DNA of 64,000 nucleotides from NCBI GenBank assembly GCA_963733375.1, contig CAVTDB010000026.1:288001-352000 (forward strand), read 5' to 3'. Position numbers and translations under genes: made by a program. This document shows positions 21,582-33,733 of the stretch, in pieces. Origin of the DNA: Nitrospirota bacterium (lineage in GTDB: Bacteria > Nitrospirota > JACRHJ01). The first letter of the stretch is position 1. Every line of letters begins with the position of its first letter. The notes beneath the pieces were generated by a model. That model worked only from the letters and a program-made list of their open reading frames with translations, did no database searches and was not told the DNA's origin.

Positions 21582-22986
21582 ATGTCTTCAACGGGCCGTG
21601 TTTTAAGTCTATTTGCGGTTTTTTTGACTCTTTTGCTTGCCCAGGCTGCGTTTGCCGCCCCTTATGAAGAATGGGCCGGGATGTACCTTGGGAAAGAGAA
21701 GATGGGTTATGCGTATCTCAAGGTTGAAGATGTTCCCGGCGGCTATAATATCACCGAAGAGATGACGGCGGCCCTGACCGTGCTGGGAACGGTGCAGGAA
21801 GTAAAAATAAAGACCTCTTCCATAACCGACGGCGGTTACAGGGTAAAAAGCTTCCGTTTTTCGATGGTCTCAGGTTTTGCGAACTCCGCAGATCGACGGG
21901 GTCGTGGATGGCGATGTCCTTCGGCTGAAAACAGGCCCCGGCCAATCCGACTCGGAAGAGATAAAGCTTAAGGAAAGACCTTTTCTGTCTTCGGGCGCGG
22001 ACCTCTACATCCAGAACCAGAAGCTTAAGGCGGGAGATTCCATGGAGCTTCCGCTTTTCGACCCGGCGTCGCTCTCGCTGCAGGAGATGAAGGTAAACGT
22101 GGAGGCTGTGGAGGAGATGAAGGCGGGCGAGGGCCTGGTCCCGGTGTATAAGGTGCGGGAGAGCTTTTCCGGCATCGACGGGACGAGTTGGATAAGCCCC
22201 CGGATGGGGACCCTGAAGGCCTCCGGGCCGATGGGTTTTACCTTCATAAAAGAGACGAAGGAGCAGGCCCTGAACATGAAAGTAACCGCCCCGCCGGACA
22301 TTATCGCGCTTACGGCGGTCCAGGCGGAAGGGGAAGTTGTCGCCGACCCCAGGAGCATATCGTTTATGAAGGTGAAGCTCGAAGGGGCCGACCTCTCCGG
22401 GATGGCGCTGGACGGCGGGAGGCAGGTTTTCTCGGACGGTATTCTTTCATCCGCAAAAGAAGATTTATCGGGCCTGAAGCCGGCGCAGTTCCCGGTGAAA
22501 GGGCCGGGTCTCGACGAGTTTATGGGGCCGCAGCCATTCGTCCAGTCTGACGACCCGCGGATAATAAAACAGGCCCGGGAGATAACGGGGGGAGAGAAGG
22601 ACACGCTGAAGGCGGCGCGGAAACTGCTGGACTGGGTCCACGAGAACCTCAGAAAATACCCTTCCGCGGGGATACCGAATGCGTTGGAGGTACTGCAAAA
22701 CCTCTCCGGGGACTGCAACGAGCACGCGGTGCTGTTCATGGCGCTGGCCCGCGCCGCCGGGATACCGGCCAGGATGGACGCCGGACTCGTCTTGATGGAC
22801 GGGAAGTTTTATTACCACGCCTGGAATGAAATATACGTCGGCCAGTGGGTAACGGTCGATCCCACCTTCGGCCAGTTCCCGGCCGATGCCTCCCATATCA
22901 GGCTGGCCGAGGGCGGGCCGGACAAACAGATGGAGTTGATCAAGGCGGTGGGCAAGCTTAAGATAAAGGTGTTGGAGGCGAGATGA
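21582..22986 (+). CDS. Secreted transglutaminase-like domain protein (one indel)
   Basis: Signal peptide; GDCNEHA, YHAWNE, VDPT catalytic triad motifs. Confidence 0.88.
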
Positions 22987-23092
22987 GGAATAAGAAACGT
23001 TTTACATGTAAGAGGGAGGAAAGAAACGTTTTACCTGTCCAGAGCGACAGCGAAGACAGAAACTGCTGACGGTCCTGGTAATCCTGGCCGCC

Positions 23093-23515
23093 TTGTCATT
23101 ATCCGCATGCAGCATGAAAAGCGCCGTCCAGAAGATGTCCCTGGAACTGAAGACCGTCCATATAAAAGACATGACGCTTAAAGGTTTCGATGCCGAAATC
23201 GACCTCCAGATAGTCAACCCCAACTGGTTCACCGTCAGGATATCCGACCTGGACTACCACGCATATATTGCCGGGGAGGAGATAGCGAGCGGGCAGGCGG
23301 ACCAGGAAATAGCCATACCTTCGGACTCTGCCACTGTCGTGACCCTGCCCTTGAAGGTGAGCTATGGGAATCTGGGCGGCAGGCTTGCCCAGATTTTACT
23401 TGCAGGAAACCTTGAATACCGCCTCAAGGGCTCGGCCGTATTCCATACCTGGTTCGCAAGCCGGACCGTCCCGTTCGATACGAAGGAAAAGAAGCTCAAA
23501 GTGCCTGAGCAATGA
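23093..23515 (+). CDS. LEA type 2 (WHy domain) lipoprotein; true start is upstream and uncertain
   Basis: In-frame LVILAALSLSAC lipobox; IVNPNWF, LDYHAYIAG. Confidence 0.75.
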   Translation: MSLSACSMKSAVQKMSLELKTVHIKDMTLKGFDAEIDLQIVNPNWFTVRISDLDYHAYIAGEEIASGQADQEIAIPSDSATVVTLPLKVSYGNLGGRLAQILLAGNLEYRLKGSAVFHTWFASRTVPFDTKEKKLKVPEQ

Positions 23516-24434
23516 AAAGGCGCCTGCTATCAGCGCTCGTAGTTGTCCTTATGCTGTCATCCGGCTGCGGGGCGCTGGACGGGATGAAGAGCCGCGCCAT
23601 GCTGGCGCAAGAAGATGCGCTGCATCCCAGGGACGCGAGGACCGGGCTTCTGCCCAATGCCGGACCTATCTCTTTTCCGGGAAAGGCAATGAGAAAGCCG
23701 CCCTTTTGATACATGGGTTCGGCGCCACCCCATACGACCTTAAACCCCTGGCAATTGCGCTTGATAAAGCGGGTATCGCGGTTTACGCGCCCCTTCTTCC
23801 CGGCCACGGCACGAGCGTCCTGGACTTCGGGCGTTCAGGCAAAAAAGACTGGATAGCGGCGTCGGACAGGGCCTTTGACGAGCTTTCACGCAAGTACCGC
23901 AAAGTCTATGTCGTCGGGTTTTCGATGGGCGGGGACATCGCGCTGGACATCGCCGCGAAAAAAAAGCCCGCGGGAGTGGTGCTTCTCGCGCCATGCGTTT
24001 TCATAAACGGCCAGAATAAATTTATCACCCCCGAATATTCGATTAAATATCTCTCCCGGTTTCTGTTTACCGACTATGTAATCACCCAGCCTTCCTTCTG
24101 CTTCGATAAAAAAGCGCTCGAAGGAAGGCCGGTTTACGACCTCTTGCCGATAAATGCGCTCCGGGAACTGGTGTCGCTTGAAGAGTCCGTCCGGCGGGAG
24201 CTTCCGGAAGTCAAGGAGCCGCTCCTGGTAATCCAGTCAAAGAACGACGCCACCGTGGACTCCTCCGGCCCAGGCTATATAGTGGCCCATGTCTCATCCA
24301 GGGATAAGGGGGTTTTCTGGGTGGAGCGCTCCGGCCACCTGCTTTGCCTGGACGCGGAGAAAGGCCGTGTAATAAGCAAGGTCTCGCAAGGAGCCCTTCT
24401 ACTGCCCCCCTTGCCGGTCGCAGACGGGGCGTAG
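23512..24434 (+). CDS. Alpha/beta-hydrolase carboxylesterase lipoprotein (indels)
   Basis: LSSGC lipobox; LIHGF, LPGHG, GFSMGG, SGH. Confidence 0.85.
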
Positions 24435-24561
24435 GAGGTATTCCTGGAAGAAGATCATCGTTGAGCGTAAAACAGAAATTAGCGGTTTCCGCACGATTGC
24501 GAATAATGAGGTTCTGGAAGGAATGCCTCCTAGGCTACTCCCTCTGGCAAAAACCATATAA

Positions 24562-24609
24562 ATACCATATATTGTACCGTCTTAATCCATCTGCCACATT
24601 TTTTAGTGC
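24562..24609. promoter_or_regulatory. Tandem NrdR-box-like operators upstream of smc
   Basis: ATACCATATATTGTAC (12/16) and CCACATTTTTTAGTGC (11/16) versus acaCwAtATaTwGtgt, starts 32 bp apart. Confidence 0.55.
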
Positions 24610-24707
24610 TTTTCAATTGATTTTTCTCATCTCATATGATATAAATTCAGCCGGGAAAGCCTAAGCGAAAATCATTTTCCCAAACTTCCAAGAAGAGGTA
24701 GAAGAAG

Positions 24708-27700
24708 ATGCGCTTCCACAAGCTGGAAATGACAGGTTTTAAATCCTTTTCGGACAAGACATCCGTCACCTTCGAGCGCGGCATGACCGCCGTGGTGGGG
24801 CCGAACGGGTGCGGGAAGAGCAACATCTCCGACGCCATACGCTGGGTGCTTGGCGAGAAGAGCGCCAAGAACATGCGCGGCGAAAAGATGGAGGACGTGA
24901 TCTTCAACGGGACCGAGGTGCGCAAAGCCACCGGGATGGCGGAGGTGAACCTTACGCTTCAGGACGTGGAGGGCGCGGACTCGCTGGGGTTCTCGGAGTT
25001 CAAGGAGATAACCATCACCCGCAGGCTGTACAGGAGCGGGGAGAGCGAGTACCTGATCAACAAGATACAGTGCCGCCTGAAAGACATCCGCGACCTGCTG
25101 ATGGATACCGGCGTCGGTTCCAGGGCGTATTCTATAATCGAGCAGGGAAAGATCGGCCAGCTTATAACGAGCAAGCCGGAGGAACGCCGCTTCATAATCG
25201 AAGAGGTCGCGGGGATAACGAAATACAAATCCCGCAAGAACGAGGCGTTATCGAAGCTGAAAGAGACCGAAGACAACTTAAGCCGCGTGAGCGACATAAT
25301 CCACGAGGTGAAGCGTCAGATAGGCTCGCTGGACAGGCAGGCGAAGAAGGCGGAGCGGTACAAAAAGCTCTCGTCGGAGCTTCGCGGCCTGGAACTCAAG
25401 ATGTCGTGGGACGACTACAACGCGCTCCTTGCAAAAAGCCAGGAGGTGGAGGAAGAGCACGAGAGGCTTGCTTCCCTGCAGTCGGCGGCGAAGAACTCGG
25501 TCTCGGCAAGGGAGGCGGACCTCTCCGAGGCGAGGCTCCAGCTTGTGGAGAAAGAGCGCTCGTTGATGGAGCATCAGCGCGAGGTCCATCGGCTGGAGTC
25601 CGAGGTGAGCCGGCTGGAGGCGCGCGCGGAAGTGGCGGCAAACCAGCTGAAGAACCTGGACGAGCGCGAGGAGCGCAGGCTTTCCGAGATGGGCCAGCTT
25701 AAAGTCGAGGAAGAAGACCTCCACCAGCAGGCGTCGTCTCTCAGGGAAGAGGAGCAGGCGCTTAAATCGGAGCTCGACGGCCTTCGTTCCGAGCTTCAGT
25801 CTCTTGAGGCCGAGTACCAGGAAAAGACCGACGGGGCGCACGCGCTTGAGCAGGAGATAGAGCATGGGCGGGTCCGGCTTTTCGATATGCAGGCGGGCCT
25901 TTCTAAGCAACCAGAACGTCCTCACGAGGCTGGAAGAGCGAAGGGCCGCGCTGGAAGCCCGCTCCGCGAGGGCGCTAGAGGAGAGGCGGGAGACGGAGGA
26001 AAACCTGTCCGCCGCCAAGCTTGCGGCAGAGAAGAAGAGGATGGAACTGGAGGCGGCCCGGTCTTCAAATAACGAACTCGAAGCCGAACGCGGCAGTCTG
26101 TCCGCTAAAGTGGACGAGACGCGCGCCTCGTTAAAAGGGCTTTCAGACGAGTTGGCCATTGGCAGGGAACAGCTCTCCCAGAAGTCGAACAGGCTGAAAT
26201 CCCTGAAAGAGCTGGAAGAGGGGCTGGAAGGGTTTGACGCGGGCGTGAAGGCCGTTGATATCCGAGAACAAGCGCGGCGCGCTTCCCGGTATCAGGGGGC
26301 TGGTCGCGGATATTCTTTCCGCAAGCCCGGAGCATGAGCGCGCGATCGAGGCGGTGCTTGGCGAGAGGCTCCAGAATATAATCGTCGGCGGCCACGACGA
26401 CGCGAAATCCGCGATTGAATTCCTCAAAGCGCGCGGCGCGGGCAGGGGGAGCTTTCTACCCGCGTTGCCGAAGGTCTTTTCCTGCTCGGAAGCTCCTGCG
26501 GGAGAAGGAATAATCGGCCCGGCGCTTTCGCTCTCGAATGTAAAGGACGGATACGAAGATATTCTAAAGAGCCTCCTGGGGCAAGTGCTGGTCGTCCGGG
26601 ACCTGGACGCCGCATTCTCAATCTGGGAGCAGGGCGCGGACTGGACGCTGGTTACGCTGGACGGAGAAGTGGTGGAACCTTCCGGCGCGGTTACCGGCGG
26701 GGCGGGCGGCTCGGGCGGGATACTTTCCAAGAAGCGCGAGATACGCGAACTGACCGAGGAAGTGGAGAGTCTTTCCCGGAGCAACCAGGCGGCCGAGGAC
26801 AGGCTTTCCGAGTCTAAGGCCCTGATGGAAGAACTGGAAGGGAAGCTGAAGGGGCTTCATGAGATTATAAATGAAAAGCGCGTTACCTTGGTAGGGCTGG
26901 AGAAGGACGCGGCGTCTCTGGCCGCTGAGACTTGAGCGGATAACGAAGAAGCTGGAAGTGCTGGACATCGAAGCGTCCCAGCGCTACCCAGGAAGAAGAT
27001 GAAATAAGAGAATCCCAGGTCAAAGCGCGCGCGGCCCTCGAAGAACTGGGCGAGAAGAAAAATAATGCGGAATCCGCGCTTTTTGCCGTGCAGGAAAATC
27101 TCAAGGCCGCTAAATCACAACTTGAGAGAGACCGGGAGGCGCTGACGGCGAAGAAGATGGACCTCTCGGCGCTTATCCAGAAGCACGAGTCATGGGCGCG
27201 TGATTTGAAACGGGCGGACCTTAAAAAAGAAGAGCTGGAACGAAGACGGACACGCCTTGAGGAAGAGGGACGCGAGATATCCGAGAAAAAAGATGAGTTG
27301 TCCAAAGGCCGCGCGGAAGCGGAAGGCAGCATCAATTCGTTTTTGACCGAGGCGATGGCGATGAAGGAGCAGGCGCCCGCGCTCCAGGATGCATACCAGA
27401 CCGCAAACGACGCCATAGAAGGCTTGGAAGAGTCGTTGAAATCGACCCGCCGGGAAGCCGAAGCGGCGCGGGACGCGTTAGGCGAGATCGAGCTTAAGCG
27501 CGCGGAACTGAAGCTGAAAGCCGAGCACCTGCTTGAGACCGTGGAGCATAACTACCACATCCGGATACCGGAGATAGAGGAAGAGTTCAAGGCGCTGGAG
27601 ATAGAGCGCGAGCAGGCGGAGATGGATGCGGCGGAGCTTAAGATAAAGCTTGAAAAACTCGGGCCGGTGAATGTCGGCGCGATAGAGGAATATAACGAGC

Positions 27701-28284
27701 TGATGGAGCGCTTCGAGTTCCTGAGTTCCCAGAAGCAGGACCTGGAGTCGTCGGTCTCGCGGCTTCGGGAGGCCATCGGCAAGATAAATAAAACTTCCGA
27801 AGAGCTTTTCACGGAGGCGTTCAACTCCATCAACGAGACTTTTAAAACGGTATTCCTCTCACTATTCGGCGGAGGACGCGCTGAGCTCGTACTCGTGCCG
27901 CCGGAGGAGGGAAACGACGTGCTGGATTCCGGCCTTGAGATTGTCGCCCAGCCGCCCGGAAAGAAGCTCCAGAGCCTGCTCCTGTTCTCCGGCGGCGAGA
28001 AGGCGCTTATAGCCGCCGCGCTGACGTTCGCATGTTTCCTCGTGAAGCCCTCGCCGTTCTGCGTCCTGGACGAGGTGGACGCGCCGCTTGACGAAGGCAA
28101 CGTAACGCGTTTCGGAAACCTGCTGAAAGAGTTCGCGGACAAGACCCAGTTCATCGTCATCACCCACAGCCGCCCCACGATGGAGCTTGCGGACGCGCTC
28201 TACGGCGTCACGATGGACGAGCCGGGCGTGTCGCGCCTCGTATCCGTCCGCCTCACGGAAGCGGCGGAACTGGCAGGGGTGTAA
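24708..28284 (+). CDS. smc: Chromosome segregation protein SMC (several indels)
   Basis: GFKSF, GPNGCGKSN, hinge region, FSGGEK, LDEVDAPLD. Confidence 0.96.
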
Positions 28285-29041
28285 TACTATTAGCTGTAAT
28301 GGTTTCATGATTATCGAATACATAAAATAGCAATCTTTAGCTACGTTGTTATTGCTGTTATTCGGAGGTACTTCCTGGTGACAATATGCATAATAAATTC
28401 TTTATGTTGATGACTCCAAAACTTAGTTTATCATTTGGATGCCATATAATTGAATAGGTACATGGAAAAACCGATGACAATAGCTGATAGTGGCATTATA
28501 ATTTTATAGGCTCAGTCATAAGATACTAGGAATCAAGAATTATGATTCCACGAGTATTATGTACGTCTATAGTAAATCTGAATGGTAAGTGGGTTCATTG
28601 CTATCAGAACGCATTAGTTTATAATATGCCGTATACGGATTGTAAAGACGCATTGTCTATTAACTTAGTACCGAGCCAGGCAATATGATTTACAAAGTTA
28701 CGCAAGACACTTCTTCCCTAATGCTATTGTTTATACCACACTTCAAAAGAATTACATTCGACGTCAATCTGAGTACAAATCATTAAATAGAAAAGATTGT
28801 AATAATTTGAATTAACTCTGTATTGATGTGTTTTGGCAAGAAATAGAATACTTATGAATTTCTAACTGACCTATTCTTCTGATGTTTCGACCAGGAACAT
28901 TACATCGATATGGAGGGTTATGTTTCCACAAGTGACATAATCTCGCGAAAATACTGTATCTAGGGCGGAAAGCTTTGTTTACCGACTCTATCTTATTTAT
29001 AGACCGCTTCCAGAGCGGCATATTCCAGCTCCAGTTGGAGC

Positions 29042-29070
29042 AAATCCGCCTTTCCGGCGGATTTTTTATT
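29042..29070 (+). terminator. Rho-independent terminator
   Basis: AAATCCGCC-TTTCC-GGCGGATTT-TTTATT. Confidence 0.75.
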
Positions 29071-29103
29071 TAAAAACAAGGGCCTCTGTGTTATCTTTAT
29101 TAA

Positions 29104-30493
29104 ATGGCAGGTGCTGAAATAATATCAAAGGATATAATAGATAGATTGAAGGCTATCGCCGGCCCGGAGAACGTCGTCTCGGACGAGACGGGGCTATTGG
29201 CTTACGCCTATGACGCGACACGCCTGAAGGGGACGCCGCAGGCGGTTGTCAGGCCGGGGACCGAGGAAGAGGTTTCCAAAATCCTGATCCTCGCAAGCGG
29301 GCATGGTATTCCTGTAATTCCTCGCGGGGCGGGGAGCGGCCTGTCCGGCGGCGCGGTGGCAAGCAGGGGCGGGATAATCCTCTCGTTCGAGAGGATGAGC
29401 CGCATACTTTCAATCGACGTGGGGAACCGAATCGCGACCGTCCAGCCCGGCGTGGTGACGGCGGACCTACAGAGGGCTGTCGAGGAGAAAGGGCTTTTTT
29501 ATCCGCCCGACCCGGGCAGCCTCGCGTTCTGCACAATCGGCGGGAACGTAGCCGAGAACGCGGGCGGGATGCGGGCGGTGAAATACGGCGTCACGCGCGA
29601 TTACGTTACCGGGCTTCGGGCCGTCCTGCCCTCCGGCGAAGTCATACGCGCGGGGGTAAAGACGGCCAAGGGCGTGGTGGGATACGACCTTGCCGCCTGC
29701 TGGTCGGCTCGGAAGGGACGCTTGCGGTAGTGACGGAGATAACTCTTAAGTTAATCCCATTGCCTGAGAGAGTGATTACCATGACAGCGTTCTTTGCCGG
29801 GACCAGGCTTGCGGGCGAGGCCGTCGCGGCTATAATGGCGTCTCCCTATACGCCCCGCTGCCTGGAGTTTCTGGACGGCGAGGCGCTTAACGCCGGGGCG
29901 AAGAAAATCGGCTACCAATTGCCGGAAGGCGCGGGCGCGTTCCTTCTGATAGAGACGGACGGAAACCGCGAGGAGGCGGCCCGGCAGATGGACGGAATCC
30001 GTGCGCATTGATGAAGGATAAGGCGCTGGAAATAAAAATTACGCAGGATAAAGCCTTCGCGGCGGAGCTATGGAAACTGCGCCGGAGCACGTCCCAGGCG
30101 CTCTTTTCGATTGCCCCGCATAAGATAAATGAAGACACCGTGGTGCCCATAACCAAAGTCCCGGAAGCCCTGGAAGGTTTCAAAGAGATAGCATCCAGCT
30201 CCGGCCAGAAGATAATATGTTTCGGCCACGCGGGAGACGGGAACATCCATGTAAACGTGATGACGGATAAGTCGGACCCGGAGAGGCTACGGAAAGCGGA
30301 AGAGGCGATAGAGGAAGTGTTCAGGCTGGTGCTCGCCCTTGGCGGGACGATTTCCGGGGAGCACGGAATCGGGCTTACCAAGCTTCCGTATATCGGGATG
30401 GAGCTGAATGATGTCGAGCTTAACCTGCTGAAGAAAATAAAATCGGTTTTCGATCCTGCGGGGATACTGAACCCCGGAAAAATCTTTCCTTAA
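29104..30493 (+). CDS. FAD-linked oxidase, GlcD/D-lactate dehydrogenase family (two indels)
   Basis: RGAGSGLSGG, PPDPGS, HAGDGNIH, GEHGIG, LNPGKIF. Confidence 0.9.
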
Positions 30494-30511
30494 AAGTCAG
30501 CCGGAGGAGAC

Positions 30512-31771
30512 ATGGGGATTGTCGAAGAGGCGTGGGAGCGGTCCGAGACCGAGCGAATCCTTAACCACAACGTCGATGTCGCGGCCCAGAAGATAAACCT
30601 GGACAACGAGATGCGGACCTTTCTGAAGGTCCCGTTCCGCGAGATAAAGGTCCAGATACCGCTGAAGATGGACGACGGGCGTGTGGAGATATTCGTGGGA
30701 TACCGGGTCCAGCACAACCAGACGCGCGGCCCGATGAAGGGCGGCATAAGATATCACCCGCAGGTGAACCTTGGGGAGATAAGGGCGCTGGCGGCGGCGA
30801 TGACGTGGAAGACCGCGCTTATAGGTATCCCGTTCGGCGGCGCGAAGGGAGGCGTGACATGCAACCCGAAGGTGATGTCCCCGGGAGAGCTTGAGAGGCT
30901 TACACGGTTCTTCGTCACCAGGATAAGCGACAGCATCGGCCCGAACGTAGATATCCCCGCGCCCGACGTGAACACGAACCCCCAGGTAATGGCCTGGATA
31001 ATGGACGAATATTCAAAAAGGCACGGTTATTCTCCGGCGTCCGTAACGGGCAAGCCGGTGGAGCTCGGCGGCTCGGAGGGACGCATGGAGGCCACGGGCA
31101 GGGGCGTGACTTACCTGACGAAGCGGGCGTTCAAAGACAAAAAAATCGAAATACAGGGCGCGCGAGTTGTCGTGCAGGGGATGGGCAATGTCGGCGGGGT
31201 GTCCGCAAAATTGCTGGCGGACGAGGGATGCAAGGTTATCGCGATATCGGACAGCAGGGGAGGCCTGTACAACGAAGGGGGCCTTAACATCTCCCGCGTC
31301 ACGATGCACAAGGAGGAGACCGGCTCTCTAAAAGACTATAAAGGCGCGGACTATATCACGAATGAAGAGCTTCTCGAACTTCCCTGCGAGGCGCTGATAC
31401 CGGCGGCGCTGGAGTGCGTGATAATGGAGCATAACGCAGACAGGCTTAAATGCGCCATGTTAGTCGAGGCCGCGAACATACCGACCTCTCCGGAGGCCGA
31501 TAATATCCTTCAGGAGAAGGGCGTATATGTGGTCCCGGACATCCTTGCCAACGCGGGCGGGGTGCTGGTATCCTATTTCGAGTGGGCGCAGGACCTCCAG
31601 TCCGCATTCTGGGAAGAAGAACGGGTGAACAGGAAGCTCTCAAAGATGATGCTGGACGCATACGAGCTGGTAAAAGTAGTATCCGAGCAGAATAAAGTCA
31701 CTCTGCGGACGGCGGCCTATGCCATCGCTATTGAGAAAGTCTCGAAGGCTGTGAGGCTGAGGGGATTCTAA
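30512..31771 (+). CDS. gdhA: Glu/Leu/Phe/Val dehydrogenase (glutamate dehydrogenase)
   Basis: GPMKGGIRYHP, GGAKGG, DIPAPD, VTGKP, GRMEATGRG. Confidence 0.92.
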   Translation: MGIVEEAWERSETERILNHNVDVAAQKINLDNEMRTFLKVPFREIKVQIPLKMDDGRVEIFVGYRVQHNQTRGPMKGGIRYHPQVNLGEIRALAAAMTWKTALIGIPFGGAKGGVTCNPKVMSPGELERLTRFFVTRISDSIGPNVDIPAPDVNTNPQVMAWIMDEYSKRHGYSPASVTGKPVELGGSEGRMEATGRGVTYLTKRAFKDKKIEIQGARVVVQGMGNVGGVSAKLLADEGCKVIAISDSRGGLYNEGGLNISRVTMHKEETGSLKDYKGADYITNEELLELPCEALIPAALECVIMEHNADRLKCAMLVEAANIPTSPEADNILQEKGVYVVPDILANAGGVLVSYFEWAQDLQSAFWEEERVNRKLSKMMLDAYELVKVVSEQNKVTLRTAAYAIAIEKVSKAVRLRGF

Positions 31772-31780
31772 GCAAATTAT

Positions 31781-32701
31781 ATGCCTGAATACATAATAGA
31801 AGCGCGGGGACTGTACAAGGAATACTCCGGATACCCCGCCGTAAAGCACATAGATTTCACCGTGGAGCGGGCGGAGTGTTTCGGGTTCCTGGGCCCCAAC
31901 GGCGCGGGCAAGACCACGACCATGAACATGGTCCAGGGATACGTGACCATCACCGGCGGCACGCTCAGGATTTTCGGGATGGACGTCCGGGGGAACGAGA
32001 GGAAGATAAAGGCCCGCCTTGGCGTGGTCCCGCAGGAGAACAACCTGGACCCGGACCTCTCGGTCATAGAGAACCTCCGGGTCTATGCGAGGTACTTCGA
32101 CATCCCGAAGGCGGAGGCCCAGAGGCGCGCGGAGTCCCTTTTGGAGATGATGTCGCTTTCGGATAAAAAGGACGAGAAAATAACCAAGCTCTCCGGCGGG
32201 ATGAAAAGACGGCTGATGGTCGCGCGCGCGCTGATAAACGAATCGGACCTTATAATGCTGGACGAGCCGACTACGGGGCTCGACCCCCAGGCGAGGCACT
32301 TGATCTGGCAGAAGCTCCGGGCATTGAAGCGCGAGGGGCGGACGATGGTCCTGACGACTCACTACATGGAAGAGGCGGCGCATCTGTGCGACAGGATCGT
32401 GGTGATGGACCAGGGGAAAATACTCGCACTCGGAACGCCCGCGGAGCTTATCGATACTTACGCGAAGGGGAGCGTGGTCGAGCTGCCGATCCCGGCAGGG
32501 GGCGTGGAAGAAGTCATTCAGGACCTGTCGGGCGCGGATTACGAATATGAAATATCGGGAGACACCCTTTTTATCAAAAGCGCGAAAAGCGACGAGGTCC
32601 TTGCGAAGCTCACGCGGTTTATACAAGGCGGGTTCGTGCACAGGCAGGCTACGCTTGAGGATGTTTTTCTGAAGCTTACCGGGAGGGAGCTACGGGAGTG
32701 A
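31781..32701 (+). CDS. ABC transporter ATP-binding protein, NodI-like
   Basis: GPNGAGKT, LSGGMKRRL, LDEPTTGLDPQARH. Confidence 0.9.
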   Translation: MPEYIIEARGLYKEYSGYPAVKHIDFTVERAECFGFLGPNGAGKTTTMNMVQGYVTITGGTLRIFGMDVRGNERKIKARLGVVPQENNLDPDLSVIENLRVYARYFDIPKAEAQRRAESLLEMMSLSDKKDEKITKLSGGMKRRLMVARALINESDLIMLDEPTTGLDPQARHLIWQKLRALKREGRTMVLTTHYMEEAAHLCDRIVVMDQGKILALGTPAELIDTYAKGSVVELPIPAGGVEEVIQDLSGADYEYEISGDTLFIKSAKSDEVLAKLTRFIQGGFVHRQATLEDVFLKLTGRELRE

Positions 32702-33480
32702 ATGATTTTTTCTCGTGCCCGCAGGTCGGACGCCGCGCGTTCAAGGTCTGGCAAAGGAATAAGGACGCCTGGCTTAAGTTCTACAAGGCCAGCATGGTCG
32801 GCAACCTCGCGGAACCGATTTTATTCCTGGTCGCTTTCGGCCTGGGGCTGGGCAAATTCATCAGGAACGTCGAGGGCGTCCCGTATATACAGTTCATAGC
32901 GCCGGGCCTTGTAATCGCGGCCGCGATGAACGCGGCGTCTTTCGAGTGCACCTTCGGCTCCTTCACGAGGATGAGCACGCAAAAATCCTATGACGCGATC
33001 ATAGTTACTCCGGTAAACATCGACGAGGTCGCGGCGGGCGACATACTATGGGGCGCGACGAAGGGTTTTATCTCCGCGGCCGTGATGCTCCCCGTACTTA
33101 TGGCTTTCGGCCTGATGAGCTCTCCCTGGCTTATCCTCTCGCCCGTGCTGTACGTACTCATGAGCCTGATGTTCGCGTCGATGGCGCTTATCGTTACCGC
33201 GTTCGTACCGTCTTACGATTATTACGCGTATTATTTCAGCCTCGTCATATCGCCGATGTTCTTCTTCTCCGGCATATTCTTCCCGCTCTCGTCCATGCCG
33301 CCGTGGGTCCTGAAAATCGCGTGGTTTACCCCGCTGATACACGCGGTGAACGTGTCGCGCGCGCTTGCCACGGGACACCTGTACGTGGGCCTGGTCTGGG
33401 ACATTCTCTGGATGGTCGTCTTCACCTTCATCTGCTCCTGGACCGCGATTAAATTCATACGGAGAAGGCTTATCAAGTAA
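32698..33480 (+). CDS. ABC-2 permease, NodJ-like
   Basis: Six TM helices, YIQFIAPG, SFECTFGSFTRM, FSGIFFP. Confidence 0.88.
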   Translation: MNDFFSCPQVGRRAFKVWQRNKDAWLKFYKASMVGNLAEPILFLVAFGLGLGKFIRNVEGVPYIQFIAPGLVIAAAMNAASFECTFGSFTRMSTQKSYDAIIVTPVNIDEVAAGDILWGATKGFISAAVMLPVLMAFGLMSSPWLILSPVLYVLMSLMFASMALIVTAFVPSYDYYAYYFSLVISPMFFFSGIFFPLSSMPPWVLKIAWFTPLIHAVNVSRALATGHLYVGLVWDILWMVVFTFICSWTAIKFIRRRLIK

Positions 33481-33493
33481 TGAAGGGAGTCTT

Positions 33494-33733
33494 ATGAAGC
33501 GAAGAGACATGTTTTTTGCCGCCGTCATAATCGTGATAATAGTTTTTCTGGTTTACTTGAGCACAATCGGCAGAAAGGCTCCCGCGATACCCGGGGACGC
33601 GGCGCATGTAAAAATCACCGACCAGCGCGCATGCCTGGACTGTCACGCGCCGGGCAAGGTCAGTCCCTTAAAGCAGGACCACCCGCCGAAGGAAATGTGT
33701 TTCGAGTGCCATAAACGCGGCGGCAGCAGATGA
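33494..33733 (+). CDS. Small membrane-anchored diheme cytochrome c
   Basis: N-terminal TM helix; CLDCH and CFECH. Confidence 0.8.
   Translation: MKRRDMFFAAVIIVIIVFLVYLSTIGRKAPAIPGDAAHVKITDQRACLDCHAPGKVSPLKQDHPPKEMCFECHKRGGSR

Noticed and set aside
22992-23045. Duplicated AAGAAACGTTTTAC(A/C)TGT with a 29-bp period
   Set aside because: Only two copies at a gene start; a local duplication or assembly slip, not CRISPR.
28276-28310. GGGGTGTAAT...GGTTTC resembling a tmRNA 5' end
   Set aside because: It overlaps the smc stop codon, and no matching tRNA-like 3' end or tag ORF follows.
31781-33480. NodI/NodJ as evidence of Nod-factor export
   Set aside because: This is a widespread ABC-2 subfamily, and no nodABC genes are present.
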